NCBI GenBank assembly: GCA_046290225.1
Contig: JBKAGE010000079.1
Span: 128,001 to 192,000, forward strand
Direction: 5' to 3'
Source of the DNA: Bradymonadia bacterium
GTDB taxonomy: Bacteria; Myxococcota_A; Bradymonadia; UBA7976; UBA1532
DNA: 64,000 nucleotides
A program made the translations under genes and the position numbers. Below the pieces are notes generated by a model that worked only from the letters and a program-made list of their open reading frames with translations, searched no databases and had not been told where the DNA came from. Below, piece after piece: positions 20,034-31,200 of this stretch. Within the stretch, counting starts at the first letter, position 1. Each line of letters starts with the position of its first letter.

Positions 20034-21031
20034 CAACGCTCTCCTGAATGCAAGGCGGCGGCGAGGGCGCTGAGAGGGCCTCGCTGATCGCCGAGGGCCG
20101 CGGGCACGAGGCGTACGCGCTTGCGGGCCCGGGGAATGGACTCGATTTCGAGGGTGTGCCTTGCGGGCGGCAGAAAGAGATCTGGCCACGCAGCGCCGAT
20201 GGTGCCCACGACGATGATCTCGGGGTTGAGCAGATCGGTGAGCAGGGCGCTGAGGCGACCTAGAGCGTGACCGATGCGTCCCGTAGCCCGCAATGCGGCC
20301 TTGTCTCCAGCGCTCGCCGCGAGGCACAGCTGGTGGGGGTCGAGATCGGGCCGGACCACGCCGTCGCTGAGCAAGGCGGAGGCCTCACCACGCTGTTGAG
20401 CGACGAGGGCCTCTGCCCGAGCCACCTGGGTCATGCCCGGGCCGCTGAGCCACCCTTCGACGCTCCCTCGTTTGCCGAAACCGACAGGGCCTTCATCTGT
20501 GAGGCGCAGGTGCCCGATCTCCCCGGCGAGCTCGTCGGGCCCCTGGAACAGCCGGCCGTCGATGACGAGGCCTGCCCCCATGCCCGTGCTCATGGTGAGG
20601 TAGATCACCGTGCTGTGACCACGGGCCGCACCCCACCGCCACTCTGCGAGGGCGGTGGCGTTGGCGTCGTTCATCATTGTGGCCGGGATCTTGCGCACGG
20701 CATTCTCGCCGATCTGCTGCGGGCTGCGGGCGAGGTGGTCGAGTAGGGCGAAGTCATGCCAGCGGGGCATGTTCGGTGGATCGAGAAACCGCCCCTCGGC
20801 GCCAGACATGGGCCCGGGGCACGCGAAGCCCAGGGCTACAGGAGCGCCGGGGCGATCACCCCACAGGCTCCGCAGGCCGCCGAGGGCCTCGTCGATGAGG
20901 ATCTCCGGAGCGGCATCTTTTCGAGTGGGCTGCTGCCCTCGGGCGACGAGCTCGCCGTCGGTGGTGCCCAGGCACCAGGCGAGTTTGGTGCCGCCGATGT
21001 CGATGCCGGCGATGAGTTCAGTGCGTGTCAT
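20033..21031 (-). CDS. ROK family sugar kinase
   Basis: GIDIGGTK, NDANA, STGMGAG, AGEIGH. Confidence 0.9.
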   Translation of the reverse strand: MTRTELIAGIDIGGTKLAWCLGTTDGELVARGQQPTRKDAAPEILIDEALGGLRSLWGDRPGAPVALGFACPGPMSGAEGRFLDPPNMPRWHDFALLDHLARSPQQIGENAVRKIPATMMNDANATALAEWRWGAARGHSTVIYLTMSTGMGAGLVIDGRLFQGPDELAGEIGHLRLTDEGPVGFGKRGSVEGWLSGPGMTQVARAEALVAQQRGEASALLSDGVVRPDLDPHQLCLAASAGDKAALRATGRIGHALGRLSALLTDLLNPEIIVVGTIGAAWPDLFLPPARHTLEIESIPRARKRVRLVPAALGDQRGPLSALAAALHSGER

Positions 21032-21115
21032 GGGGGATGGATAATGGCGATGGATGCGATCTTCAAGGTGTGTCTCCCTTGCAGGGGGTCTGCGGTTCGC
21101 CTCTAATGCCCCATC

Positions 21116-22564
21116 ATGTCAGACACCACACCTCGACGCGCCGACCGCAAACAGATCTGGTTGTTGCTGGGCCCGCTCATCGCCGCTGCGGCCGGCGTCG
21201 CCGGCGCCTTGGGCGGGTTGCCACAGCCTGCGTGGATCACCGCCGCCGTCACCGCCTTGTGCGCTGTTTGGTGGGTCACCGAGGCTATCCCCATCCCCGC
21301 CACCTCGTTGATTCCCCTTGGAGCCTTCCCGCTCACTGGGGTGCTCGGCCACAAAGAGGTGGCTGCGGCCTATGGCCACACACAGATTTTGCTGCTCATG
21401 GGGGGCTTCATGCTCTCTACCGCAGTGGAGCGCAGCGGCGCCCACCGGAGGCTGGCGTTGTTGATGATTCGGGCTGTGGGTGGTCGAAGCGGCCAGGGGG
21501 CTGACGGCAAGCGGCTCGTGCTGGGCTTCATGCTGGCCACCGCGGTGTGCAGCATGTGGATCTCCAACACCGCCACCACCCTGATGCTGCTCCCTGTAGC
21601 CCTCGCCGTGCTCGACAGCGCCAAAGATGGTGAGCGGCTGGCCATGCCGTTGCTGTTGGGCATCGCCTACGCCGCCAGCATCGGCGGCATGGGCACGCCT
21701 GTGGGTACGCCGCCGAACGTGGTGCTCATGGGCATCTATGAAGAAACTACGGGCAACACCATCGACTTCGCTGGCTGGATGCAGGTGGGGATCCCGGTGG
21801 TGGCCATCTTCATCCCCATCGCCTGGTTGTATCTGGTGCGCCGACTGAAGAGCACAGCCGGTGTGGGCGAGCTGCCCGCCATGGGCCCTTGGCGCAAGCC
21901 CGAGGTGCGAGTGTTGATGGTCTTCGGTATCACCGCGATGTTGTGGGTGTTTCGCAGCAGGCCCTATGGCGGTTGGGTCGGAGGTGTTGAGTGGCTGCTC
22001 GGGGCCAAGGTGGGCGTCGGTGACGCCACTGTGGCGGCCCTGGCTGTGGTGGCTCTTTTTGTGCTGCCCGATGGTGAGGGTGATCGCATGCTCGATTGGG
22101 AGACGGCTCGGAAGATCCCCTGGGGCCTGTTGCTCTTGTTCGGCGGGGGCATCGCCATCGCCTGGGCCTTCAAGGCCAGCGGCCTCTCGGGGCAGTTGGG
22201 CGCGCTGCTGGCGCCCCTCACTGAACTGCCGATCCTCGCCACCGTGGCCCTCATCTGCCTCGCGGTGACCTTCCTCACAGAAGTGACCAGCAACACCGCC
22301 ACCACCAACCTGCTCATGCCCATCCTGGCCCAGGCAGCGGTCTCCGCGGGGGTGGAGCCCACCTCTCTCATGGTGCCTGCGGCCTTGAGCGCCAGCTGCG
22401 CCTTCATGCTGCCCGTGGCCACGGCGCCGAACGCCATCGTGATGGGCACCGAGCGCATCACGATCCCACAAATGGCGCGGGAGGGCTTCGCCTTGAACCT
22501 CGCCGGTGTGGTGGTGATCACCCTCACGTGCTGGGCCCTCGTGAGCACACTGGAGCCCACCTGA
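21116..22564 (+). CDS. SLC13/DASS sodium:dicarboxylate or sulfate symporter
   Basis: WWVTEAIP, SMWISNTAT, TPVGTPPN, TEVTSNTA, LPVATAPNA. Confidence 0.9.
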   Translation: MSDTTPRRADRKQIWLLLGPLIAAAAGVAGALGGLPQPAWITAAVTALCAVWWVTEAIPIPATSLIPLGAFPLTGVLGHKEVAAAYGHTQILLLMGGFMLSTAVERSGAHRRLALLMIRAVGGRSGQGADGKRLVLGFMLATAVCSMWISNTATTLMLLPVALAVLDSAKDGERLAMPLLLGIAYAASIGGMGTPVGTPPNVVLMGIYEETTGNTIDFAGWMQVGIPVVAIFIPIAWLYLVRRLKSTAGVGELPAMGPWRKPEVRVLMVFGITAMLWVFRSRPYGGWVGGVEWLLGAKVGVGDATVAALAVVALFVLPDGEGDRMLDWETARKIPWGLLLLFGGGIAIAWAFKASGLSGQLGALLAPLTELPILATVALICLAVTFLTEVTSNTATTNLLMPILAQAAVSAGVEPTSLMVPAALSASCAFMLPVATAPNAIVMGTERITIPQMAREGFALNLAGVVVITLTCWALVSTLEPT

Positions 22565-22591
22565 ATCACCCGAGTCTGTGATCCCGAACTG

Positions 22592-23428
22592 ATGCTCCAC
22601 ATCGAACACCTGACGGTACGCTACGGCGACCGCGCCGCTGTCGACGATCTCGACCTGCACGTGCCTGAGGGCTCGCTCTTCGGGCTGTTGGGCCCCAACG
22701 GCGCAGGCAAGACCACCACGCTCTCGTCGGTGGTGGGGCTGCGCCGACCCGACGCAGGCCGAATCACCGTGGCGGGCATCGACGTCGCCGCCGATCCTCA
22801 GGGGGCCCGCAGGGTGCTGGGCTGGGTGCCCCAGAGCCTGGCGCTCTACCCCGAGCTGACGGTGAAGCAGAATCTGAAGGCCTTCGGTGGCCTCTATGAC
22901 CTCCGCGGGGCGACGCTGCAGGGGCGCATCAACGAGGCGTTGGAGCTGGCGCAGCTCGTCGATCGGGCAGGGAGCAAGGTGGGGCACTTGTCCGGCGGCA
23001 TGCAGCGTCGGCTGAACCTCGCCGTTGCGCTGCTGCACAAGCCGAAGCTCTTGATCTGTGACGAGCCCACCACGGGGGTGGATCCACAGTCGCGCAATCA
23101 CCTGTTCGAGACGATCAAGCGCCTCAACGCCACGGGGATGACTGTCATCTACACCACCCACTACATGGAAGAGGTGCAGGCGCTGTGTGATCGGGTGGCC
23201 ATCATGGACGCGGGTCGCATCATCGTGGAGGACACGCTTCAGGCGCTGCTCGGGCGCCCGGGCGATCGCTGGTTCGATCTCGACTTCGAAGGCCCGGTCA
23301 CCGCGGCGCAAGTCGAACAGGCGCTGCGCGATGCCGGGTTGCCGATCTCGGCGATTCGGCCGCGGCCCCGCACCCTGGAGACGCTGTTCCTCGAGCACAC
23401 CGGCCATGGTCTGAGGGACGAGACGTGA
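22592..23428 (+). CDS. ABC transporter ATP-binding protein
   Basis: GPNGAGKTT, LSGGM, DEPTTGVD, TTHYMEE. Confidence 0.95.
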   Translation: MLHIEHLTVRYGDRAAVDDLDLHVPEGSLFGLLGPNGAGKTTTLSSVVGLRRPDAGRITVAGIDVAADPQGARRVLGWVPQSLALYPELTVKQNLKAFGGLYDLRGATLQGRINEALELAQLVDRAGSKVGHLSGGMQRRLNLAVALLHKPKLLICDEPTTGVDPQSRNHLFETIKRLNATGMTVIYTTHYMEEVQALCDRVAIMDAGRIIVEDTLQALLGRPGDRWFDLDFEGPVTAAQVEQALRDAGLPISAIRPRPRTLETLFLEHTGHGLRDET

Positions 23429-24696
23429 GGGCCATCATCCACGTGCTGCAAGTGGAGCTGGTGCGGTTCTTCGCTGACCCCAAGGGGGCGGTGCTCACCG
23501 TGCTCATGCCCCTGACCCTCGGGGCGCTGCTGGGCATGTTGTTTTCACCGGACGCGCTCTCCGGGCAGGTGCAGCTGCTCGTCGCCGACGAAGATGGCGG
23601 GCCCAGGGTGCAGGCGTTGATTCAGGCCCTCGACGATGATGACGGCATTCGCGTAGAGCGGGTGAGCGTGGCCGATGGTGAGGCGGCGGTCACCGCGGGC
23701 CGAGTGCCGGCCCTGCTGGTGATCCCCCAAGGCACCGACGCCGCCCTGAGCCCACGGCAGCTGCTGGAGCAGCCCCGGCCGGTGCTGCCGCTGCGCTTTG
23801 ATCCTGCACGCGCCGCAGAGCGGGCCCGTCTCGAAGGCAGTCTGCGGCGCACCGTGGCCCGCCACATCGTCTCCACGGTGCTGGCCCCGAAGCCCCTCGC
23901 CGAGCTGCTCGAAGGCCTCAAGGGCAAGTTGGCGATGTTGCCTGCAGTCCTCGCCGAGCGCATTCGAGCCGTCGTCACCGAGATCCAGCGCGTGCTTCGG
24001 GACCTGCCCGACATCTCGCTGGGCCCAGAGGGGATCGGCGGCGCGTTGCCCCCGCCGGTGAACATTGTTGCTGAGCAGGTGAGCGAGGGGCAGGGCACTG
24101 AATATCACCCGTACGCACACACCTTCGCCGGCATGCTGTGCCAGTTCTTGATGTTCATGGCGGCGAGCATGGCCCGGGGCCTCATCGCCGATGGTCAGAG
24201 AGGGGCGCTGAGCCGACTTCGGGCTGCGCCCGTCGAAGGTTGGCAGATCCTCGTGGGCGCTGGGTGTGGCGCTTCGGTGGTGGCGTTGTTGGGGTCCCTC
24301 CTGGTCTACGGGGTGGCGATCCCGGTCTTCGGGGTCACCGTCGAGGGTTCGTGGCTGGGGCTGGGCGCTGTGCTCGTGGGGCAGGCGATCTTCATCGGCG
24401 GGTTCATGTTGCTGCTCGCGGGCCTCGGGCGCACCGAGCGGCAAGTGGAGACGGTGGGCACCTTCGTGATCTTGACGATGTCGTTTCTCGGTGGGGCGTG
24501 GATCCCGGCGTTCCTGATGCCCGAGTGGGTGCAGGGCCTGGGCCACGCCGTGCCCACGTGGTGGGCCACCGAGGGCCTCGCCGCCATGACCTGGCGGGGG
24601 CTGCCGCTGTCGGCCGCGTTGGCCTCTGCAGGGGCGCTCACAGGCTTTGGGCTGTTCTGCGCCGCGGTGGGATTGAAGCGCTTCAGGTGGGGGTGA
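23425..24696 (+). CDS. ABC-2 type transporter permease
   Basis: One N-terminal TM, a large extracytoplasmic loop and several C-terminal TMs; overlaps the ATPase gene. Confidence 0.85.
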   Translation: MRAIIHVLQVELVRFFADPKGAVLTVLMPLTLGALLGMLFSPDALSGQVQLLVADEDGGPRVQALIQALDDDDGIRVERVSVADGEAAVTAGRVPALLVIPQGTDAALSPRQLLEQPRPVLPLRFDPARAAERARLEGSLRRTVARHIVSTVLAPKPLAELLEGLKGKLAMLPAVLAERIRAVVTEIQRVLRDLPDISLGPEGIGGALPPPVNIVAEQVSEGQGTEYHPYAHTFAGMLCQFLMFMAASMARGLIADGQRGALSRLRAAPVEGWQILVGAGCGASVVALLGSLLVYGVAIPVFGVTVEGSWLGLGAVLVGQAIFIGGFMLLLAGLGRTERQVETVGTFVILTMSFLGGAWIPAFLMPEWVQGLGHAVPTWWATEGLAAMTWRGLPLSAALASAGALTGFGLFCAAVGLKRFRWG

Positions 24697-24715
24697 GCAC
24701 AGGCCGTGCTCGCGA

Positions 24716-26857
24716 TCACAACACCCAATCGACACCGAGGACGAGGCCAGGCCAGGACTGAACCTGCATCTCGTCTCCGGAGTAGACGATGTTGATGTTG
24801 CCGCCGCCGAAGAAGACGAGCTCATCTGTGATGGGTTGTCGGGCCAATACGCGAGCACGGGTGATCATGTGGTGGGCCTCCGAGTCATGCCACTTCGCGC
24901 CCTCGGCGCCGATGTAGTGAATGAAGTCGACATCGAAGTGGAGGCCGTTGGGGGCTTGGATCCGGCCGCCAAAGCCTGCGCCGAAGAAGCCGATCTCTTC
25001 TTCTGTCTCGGGCAGCCCGACGCCAAACCAGCCGCTGGGACGAAGAGACGTGGCGAGGATGGTGTAGAAGCTGCGGCTGCCCATCTTCAACCCCACATGG
25101 GTGACGGCGAGATCACTGCTCCAGACCCCCATCTCCAAAATGCCGTCGCCGATGATGTTCACGAGCCCGATGGGGACCCCGTCCATGGAGTCGGCGACGT
25201 TGACGAGTCCGATCTGCACCCCGGATATGTGCCGAGCGACGTTGACGAGGCTGATTTGGGCGCCGGTGACGTCTCCACCGACGTTGGCCACTGCAGAGAG
25301 CTGTGCCCCAGTCACCTGCTCTCCAATGTTGGTCACACCCGCGAGCTGCGACCCGGCATATGCGCCGCTGCTGAGGTTGAAGACCCCTGCTGCCTGAACC
25401 CCGGAGCCGCCCTCGTTGCCATTGAACACCCCGGCGACGTCGAGGCCGTGCTGCTCGCCCTCCACATAGCTGAAGACCCCCGACGCGCGAAGGCCATAGG
25501 TGTTGGCCCTCACCACACTGAAGACGCCCGCGAGCTGCAGGCCTTCCACGTCACCGGCTTGCAGCGCGCCGATGCCGGCGACGCCCAGGCCTCGAAGGCG
25601 CCGGCCCTTGCCCACCAGGATAGAGAGGCTCGCGTAGTTGTCCGCCTCGCCCTCCGGATGATGGGTGTAGTTGGTGTCGAGTGGTGGCAATACGCTCACT
25701 GCCACGATGGAGGAGGGTCCTTGACCGAAGCCCGCTCCGGCCCCACCGCGGGCGACGGACACCTCGCCCTCAAAGGCCGAAAAACTCTTCGGCCCCAGCA
25801 TGAGGGGGCTCGCCTCGCTCAAGGTGAATCGGGCCTCCGAGCGCTCGTGGGTGCTGTGTAAAACGGCGCTGTACGCCCCGGGCTCGAAGCCCAGGCTCAT
25901 GGGGCGACCGCTCACCTTGGCCAGCTCCGCCACGAGGCGGCCATTGCCGTCGCGAATGAAGAGTCGGCCGCCGAGCTCCGGGGCGAGCTGTAGCCCTGCG
26001 CTGGCCCCTCGCAAATCGGTGAGGACCACATCGCCCTGACCGCTGAGTTGCAGATCGTAGTTGGGGTGCTGGGTGCCGATGCGGGACTGCTCTGTGCGGG
26101 CGAGGGTCTCGTGGTAGGCGAACTGGTAGGCCTCGTTCAGGGTGACCCGTCGATCCCCCGTGGTGTCCGCGGCCCCTCGCAAGCCCGAGAGCAGGTAGTG
26201 GGTGAAGTACGACGCCTGCACGAGATCGGACTCCTGGGCAGACTCGTCTGCAGAGGCCGAGGTGAGGAACGCGTGGCCCGAGACCTCGGATGCGGCATCG
26301 ACGAGCAGAGGCGGTCGCCGGATGCCGCCCTTTGCCCGGGCGAGGGCACCCGAGGCGCAGGCGTCGACGATGGCGATGTGCACATCGGCGGGCAGGGCCC
26401 GGATGGCGGCCTTGAGCGTGCCGTACTCAAGGCGCTCTCCGCCGAGGAGCAGGCCCCGATCGTCGGCGTGGCCCGAGTAGTACACCACCAGCTCCAGGCG
26501 GCTTCCTGGCCATTGACGGCGCGAGGCTTCGAGCCGCCCCTCGAGGGTGCGAAACGCCTCGGCGAAGGCCGTGGGGCTCGGATCCACCAGGAGCACGTGA
26601 TCGGCGCGGGCCACGCCGCCGAGCTCTGTGAGCACCTTCTGTACGGCCCGGGCATCGGAGATGGCGTAGCGCAGTGGGATCCGGTCCGAGCCGCCGTCGT
26701 TCGCCCCAGCGAGGAGGGCAAATCGTCGAACACGGATGTCTTCGCCTGCGGCCTCGGCGATGCACATGCGAGGGAGCAGAATCGGGACCAGCACATGAAA
26801 CAGCACGCCGAGGGTGAGCGCGAGCCGCCGAGATCCGACGATGGCGTGAATCTTCAC
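24716..26857 (-). CDS. Secreted caspase-like (peptidase C14) protein with C-terminal GxQ-type surface repeats
   Basis: YYSGHA (His) and IVDACASG (Cys) dyad; repeats GLQLAG/GAQIS/GVQIGLVN. Confidence 0.85.
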   Translation of the reverse strand: MKIHAIVGSRRLALTLGVLFHVLVPILLPRMCIAEAAGEDIRVRRFALLAGANDGGSDRIPLRYAISDARAVQKVLTELGGVARADHVLLVDPSPTAFAEAFRTLEGRLEASRRQWPGSRLELVVYYSGHADDRGLLLGGERLEYGTLKAAIRALPADVHIAIVDACASGALARAKGGIRRPPLLVDAASEVSGHAFLTSASADESAQESDLVQASYFTHYLLSGLRGAADTTGDRRVTLNEAYQFAYHETLARTEQSRIGTQHPNYDLQLSGQGDVVLTDLRGASAGLQLAPELGGRLFIRDGNGRLVAELAKVSGRPMSLGFEPGAYSAVLHSTHERSEARFTLSEASPLMLGPKSFSAFEGEVSVARGGAGAGFGQGPSSIVAVSVLPPLDTNYTHHPEGEADNYASLSILVGKGRRLRGLGVAGIGALQAGDVEGLQLAGVFSVVRANTYGLRASGVFSYVEGEQHGLDVAGVFNGNEGGSGVQAAGVFNLSSGAYAGSQLAGVTNIGEQVTGAQLSAVANVGGDVTGAQISLVNVARHISGVQIGLVNVADSMDGVPIGLVNIIGDGILEMGVWSSDLAVTHVGLKMGSRSFYTILATSLRPSGWFGVGLPETEEEIGFFGAGFGGRIQAPNGLHFDVDFIHYIGAEGAKWHDSEAHHMITRARVLARQPITDELVFFGGGNINIVYSGDEMQVQSWPGLVLGVDWVL

Positions 26858-27666
26858 GGGTGCTTCTCCAGAGTCGATGTGTGTTGGGTCATGCCCTCCG
26901 GAAGGGGCAACGTCGCCTGATGTGCATCAGCCTGTCTGGCGAGAGCCTCAGCGCGACTCAAGATCTCTTCGACGTCGATGGGATCTGCAGAGGTAACGAA
27001 GAAGAAGCGCTCATAGCGTGGGGCATCGTCGAGCTCGTAGCTGTGCGGCAGTGAGACCACACTGCGACCCTGTTGGTGGGTCTCGAGGGCTGTGGAGCCA
27101 TCTGGGGTGGAGGGAAAGTGCAGCGACGCCACGCCGCGACCGTCGATGGAGACGATCACACCGTGTGATCGCCCCGCGGCGTGATAGCTCACCTGAAGCA
27201 CATCACCCTCAGAGACGCTGTCTTCAACGTTGAGCATTGCGGTGCCCTCCGGGGTGTTCCGATGGAAGAACAGTCGGGGATCACCTTTCGCCCGCTCGCC
27301 CCAGGTGGAGAAGTCCGAGAGATCGGCCCCTCGATGAGCTGGCCAGATGACCACGAGGGCCAGGGTGAGGGCTGTCATGGCGCCTAGGGCGGTCCACAGC
27401 GAGCCGTTGAGACCCCGACGTACCGGGGCCTCGGTCTGAGCGAGCCGGGCGTTGATCCGAGCGGCGACGAGATGGGGCGGATGAGTCGCCAACGTCTCTG
27501 TATCAGAGGCTTCCAGGGCCTCGAGGCGCCGTTGAAGATCCGGACGCTCGGCGATCTTCTGACGCAGCGCCTGTGCGCGGGCCGGCGGGAGTTCGCCGAG
27601 ACGCAGCTGTTCGAGGTGCAGATCGGACACCGGCTCAGCCGGCGTAGACTCGGTGTGAACGCTCAC
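26854..27666 (-). CDS. Membrane anti-sigma factor (ActD-like, DUF4384-like C-terminal domain)
   Basis: N-terminal SDLHLEQL helix, a TM, then ERAKG...SYELDDAP.YERFF. Coupled to the ECF gene. Confidence 0.7.
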   Translation of the reverse strand: MSVHTESTPAEPVSDLHLEQLRLGELPPARAQALRQKIAERPDLQRRLEALEASDTETLATHPPHLVAARINARLAQTEAPVRRGLNGSLWTALGAMTALTLALVVIWPAHRGADLSDFSTWGERAKGDPRLFFHRNTPEGTAMLNVEDSVSEGDVLQVSYHAAGRSHGVIVSIDGRGVASLHFPSTPDGSTALETHQQGRSVVSLPHSYELDDAPRYERFFFVTSADPIDVEEILSRAEALARQADAHQATLPLPEGMTQHTSTLEKHP

Positions 27667-28223
27667 TGATGATCCTCCTCGTGGGCTGCCTCAAGGGCAG
27701 CAAGCTCGTGCTTCAAACGCCGCAACCGTTTGCGGATCCCGGAGACCGACATCCCATGGGCTTCGGCGACAGCCTCCAGGGTCATGCCGTCGACGAGATG
27801 CATCACCGCGATGGTGCGGGTAGAGTCAGGGACCTGCCCGAACAAGCGTCTCAGCACCGAGCGCGCCTCAGCCTGGCCTTCCGCGGTGCCTGCACAGGCG
27901 ATGCGCATCAGCAGCGCGTCGTCCCGGGTCTCGGGTCGGCGCTTGAGCGTACGCAGCTGGTTGAGGCAGGTCCGCGTGGCCATCTGGTAGAGCAGGGCAG
28001 AGGCGCCTCGATCGTCCAGCTGCGCCTGACGCCGGCACAGGGATACGAAGGTGTCCTGCATGGCGTCGAGGGCGAGACCCTCGTCTTTGAGCAGCCGACG
28101 ACATCGTCGCAACACCATGGGGCCGTACCGTCGGTACAGCGCCTCTACGTCCACGGCCAAGTCGAACTCCCAGGCGGTGATGCTGCCCCGTGTGTGCTGG
28201 GGGGCAGACGCTCGATGAAACAC
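27663..28223 (-). CDS. ECF-type RNA polymerase sigma factor
   Basis: LYRRYGPMVLRRC, DAMQDTF, region 4 DGMTLEAVA...SGIRKRL. The true start may be about 28154-28160. Confidence 0.9.
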   Translation of the reverse strand: MFHRASAPQHTRGSITAWEFDLAVDVEALYRRYGPMVLRRCRRLLKDEGLALDAMQDTFVSLCRRQAQLDDRGASALLYQMATRTCLNQLRTLKRRPETRDDALLMRIACAGTAEGQAEARSVLRRLFGQVPDSTRTIAVMHLVDGMTLEAVAEAHGMSVSGIRKRLRRLKHELAALEAAHEEDHQ

Positions 28224-28275
28224 CGCGGGTATGGAGAAGTGTCACTGGAGGGCGAAAAAATCTCGAGGTGCGTGA

Positions 28276-31200
28276 TCAGGGGAGGGGCAGGCTGTAGACC
28301 GCCCCCTGGTCGATGGAGGTGTTCGGGACACCTGTGTAGCCCTGCCCGAGGTAGCCACCGATGATCAGCACCCTCGAGCGCAGTGCGGGGTTCCATAGGC
28401 CGTGCAGCCATTCTCCGATGCGGCCGTCCACTCTGCTGGGCTCGCCGCCGAAGATCAGCCACGGCTCGGGGCGAACCCCTTCAGGGCCCACCTCGAAGAT
28501 GCGAACGCCTCCAGAGTCATCCACGCCGCCCTGGGCGCCGAAGGGGCTGCCGACGGCGAGCAGTCCAGGTTGAGCGTCGCTGCCGGGGAACATGAAGAGG
28601 CCGCTCCCCATGCGGGCGCCGTTGGTGAGGCCGCGAATTCGGCTGCCAGGGCCGCCCTCTGGGATCAAGGGCACCCACTGGGCCGGGATGGACTCCGACG
28701 GCAGCGGCTGAGCGGTGGCGCTGGTGAGGAGCGTGCGCAGTCGGGTGCCGGGTACGAACCACACCGAGCCCCCTCGGCCACCCGTCTCGGCGATGGCGTT
28801 TACCCCGGTGACGGCGAGATCAGTCAGCCCGTCACCGTCGGCGTCCGCAGAGGCCAGAGCCCAGCCCACTTGATCGTTCGCCGCCCCTGACTCCATGCCG
28901 AAAGCTCTGGGCGATTCGGGGCACCCTACATTGCCCCATCCTCGGAACACATAGACCGCCCCTTCGTTGTTGCGCCCTGCGTGATCGGAGAGGTAGGCGC
29001 CTACGGCGAACTCCTCGCAGCCGTCTCCGGAGAGATCTCCGAGGCCTACGATGCTGCGGCCCAGCTGTAGATCCGAGGCGCCCCCGAGGAAGTGCTCTGG
29101 ATCGCACAGGACCTCTGGGCGCCCTGCGGCTGCGTTGGCGATGTCCCGGCCATGGACCACCATGAAGCCGCCGCTGTTGCCTCTGCCGTTGTGATCACCC
29201 TCCGGGAAGCCGATCACGACATCCGAGCGCCCGTCGCCGTCGACGTCGACGGGCCCCGACAGCACGCTCAGGCGATCCTGGTTGCGCAGGCCGAAGACCA
29301 CGAAGGCCGGCTGCTCGGAGGGGCCGCCCTCGCCACCTGCGAAGAGGTAGGCTGCGCCGCTGTCGTTCCGCGAGCCCTCGCAACGCACGGGCTCGTAGTA
29401 GTCGTCGTTGGGATCGTTGGGCTTGTCGTCCCGCTGCGCCACCACCCAGAAGTCGTCGATGCCGTCTCCGGTGAAGTCTCCTGCAGGGGACACGGCCCAC
29501 CCGAACAGATCCCCACCGCTGTGACCCGTGAACTGCGCCAGCGTGCGGAAGGGCCTGCGCTCGAAGTTACCGTCGGCGGTGCCCCGATACAGGAACACGG
29601 CGCCCTGATTGATGCCGTTCTGGCCAGACACTTCACCTTGAGGCGCGCCGGCGGCGAGATCGGGCAGGCCGTCAGCGTCGACGTCGCCGATGACCGCGGC
29701 GCCTCGACCCAGCTGAGCCCCTGCCGCTCGACCGGGCACACCCAGAGCCCGCCGCGGTGCGTCATCCGCCCCAGGCACGAAGTAGATCTGCCCGACGTCG
29801 TATCCAATGGCGTCGGTGCGCCCTGCTTGAGAGACGAGATCCGGAAGGCCGTCCCCATCGAGGTTGCCTGCGACGGCCACTGTCTGCCCGAAACGCTCGC
29901 TGACTTCTTCGCCCGTATAGGTCACGTCGGCCACTGTGGCGGGGAGCCCCTGGCCCTCGGGGCCGTAGAAGATCGAGACACGCCCGGCGTTGGTGAGGTT
30001 GTCGGGCCCCGGCGCGAGGAAGTCGCCGGAGATGATGTCGAGACGCCCGTCGCCGTTGGCGTCGCCCACGTTGGGGTACAGACCGACCTGTCGGTTGGAG
30101 GCCTCACCTGCGTAGGACCAGTCCGCTGTCGCCGCCGGAGGCAGGAACCCCGGGGCGGGTTCGTCGGTGAGATCGGTGCCGAGGAACACGCGCAGGGCAC
30201 CGTTGTTGTTGAGGTTGCCGCCGTCGGGCCTGAACCCGTTGGCGAGGTGGTGGCTGGCGAGCAGATCTTCACGACCATCACCGTCGACATCACCAAAGGC
30301 GAGTCGGCGGCCAAACTGACTGCCACCATCGAAGACCCCTGTGGGGGCCCAGGCTCGGACCGGCAGACTGGTGAGGCCGCCTGGAGACAGCGGTCCGGGG
30401 GCGACGCCGCGGTAGAGGGCCACGATGCCGTCGCTGTTGGCGATGCTCGTCGGCGCGCGATAGTTCAGGGCGTGGGCTGCCAGATCACAGCGGCCGTCGC
30501 CGTCGAAGTCGCCCGCTGCGAGGAACCGGCCCAGCTGAAGGTTCGCCGCCGGAGACCAGGCCTCGAGGTCGCCATCACGTCGAGTGCCCCAGATCGCTTG
30601 ATCAGGGTCTTCAGGCAGTCCGCCCTCGGCCCCGAGGAACACGTAGACACCACCCTGGTTGTTGGCCCGGGGATCAGCGGACTGGTCCTCTGCTTGGAAC
30701 GCCCCCGCGGCGAGGTCGAGGCGCCCATCGCCGTTGAAGTCGCACACCGCGAGGCCCCGCCCCATACGCCCGCCGCCCTGAGGACCCGCGATCACGCGGG
30801 TGGGCGTCTCGTCGAACAGTCCGCCCTCGATGCCTGCATAGATGTAGATCGCGCCATTGTCGGTGCGGTTGACGTCGGCCTGGTGGGCGCCCACAACGAG
30901 ATCTGGCTCACCATCGCCCGTGACGTCGGCCACGGCGAGGCCCCAACCCATCTCGTCGGTGCGGCCATCGCCAGCGATGATCTGTGAGGCCTCGCCCGGG
31001 CCCTCGGGGCCACCGGTGAACACGAAGACCGCGCCACCGTTGAAGGCCTCGATGTCAGCTTCTGGCCAGCCCACGACGACATCATCGAAGCCGTCTCCGT
31101 TCAGGTCTCCAGGGGCCACGATGGGTCCGCCGAGGAACCCGTCACCCACACGAGGCAGCTCGGCCTGTTGGGCACCGAGCACCGTGACCCCCAGAGCCGC

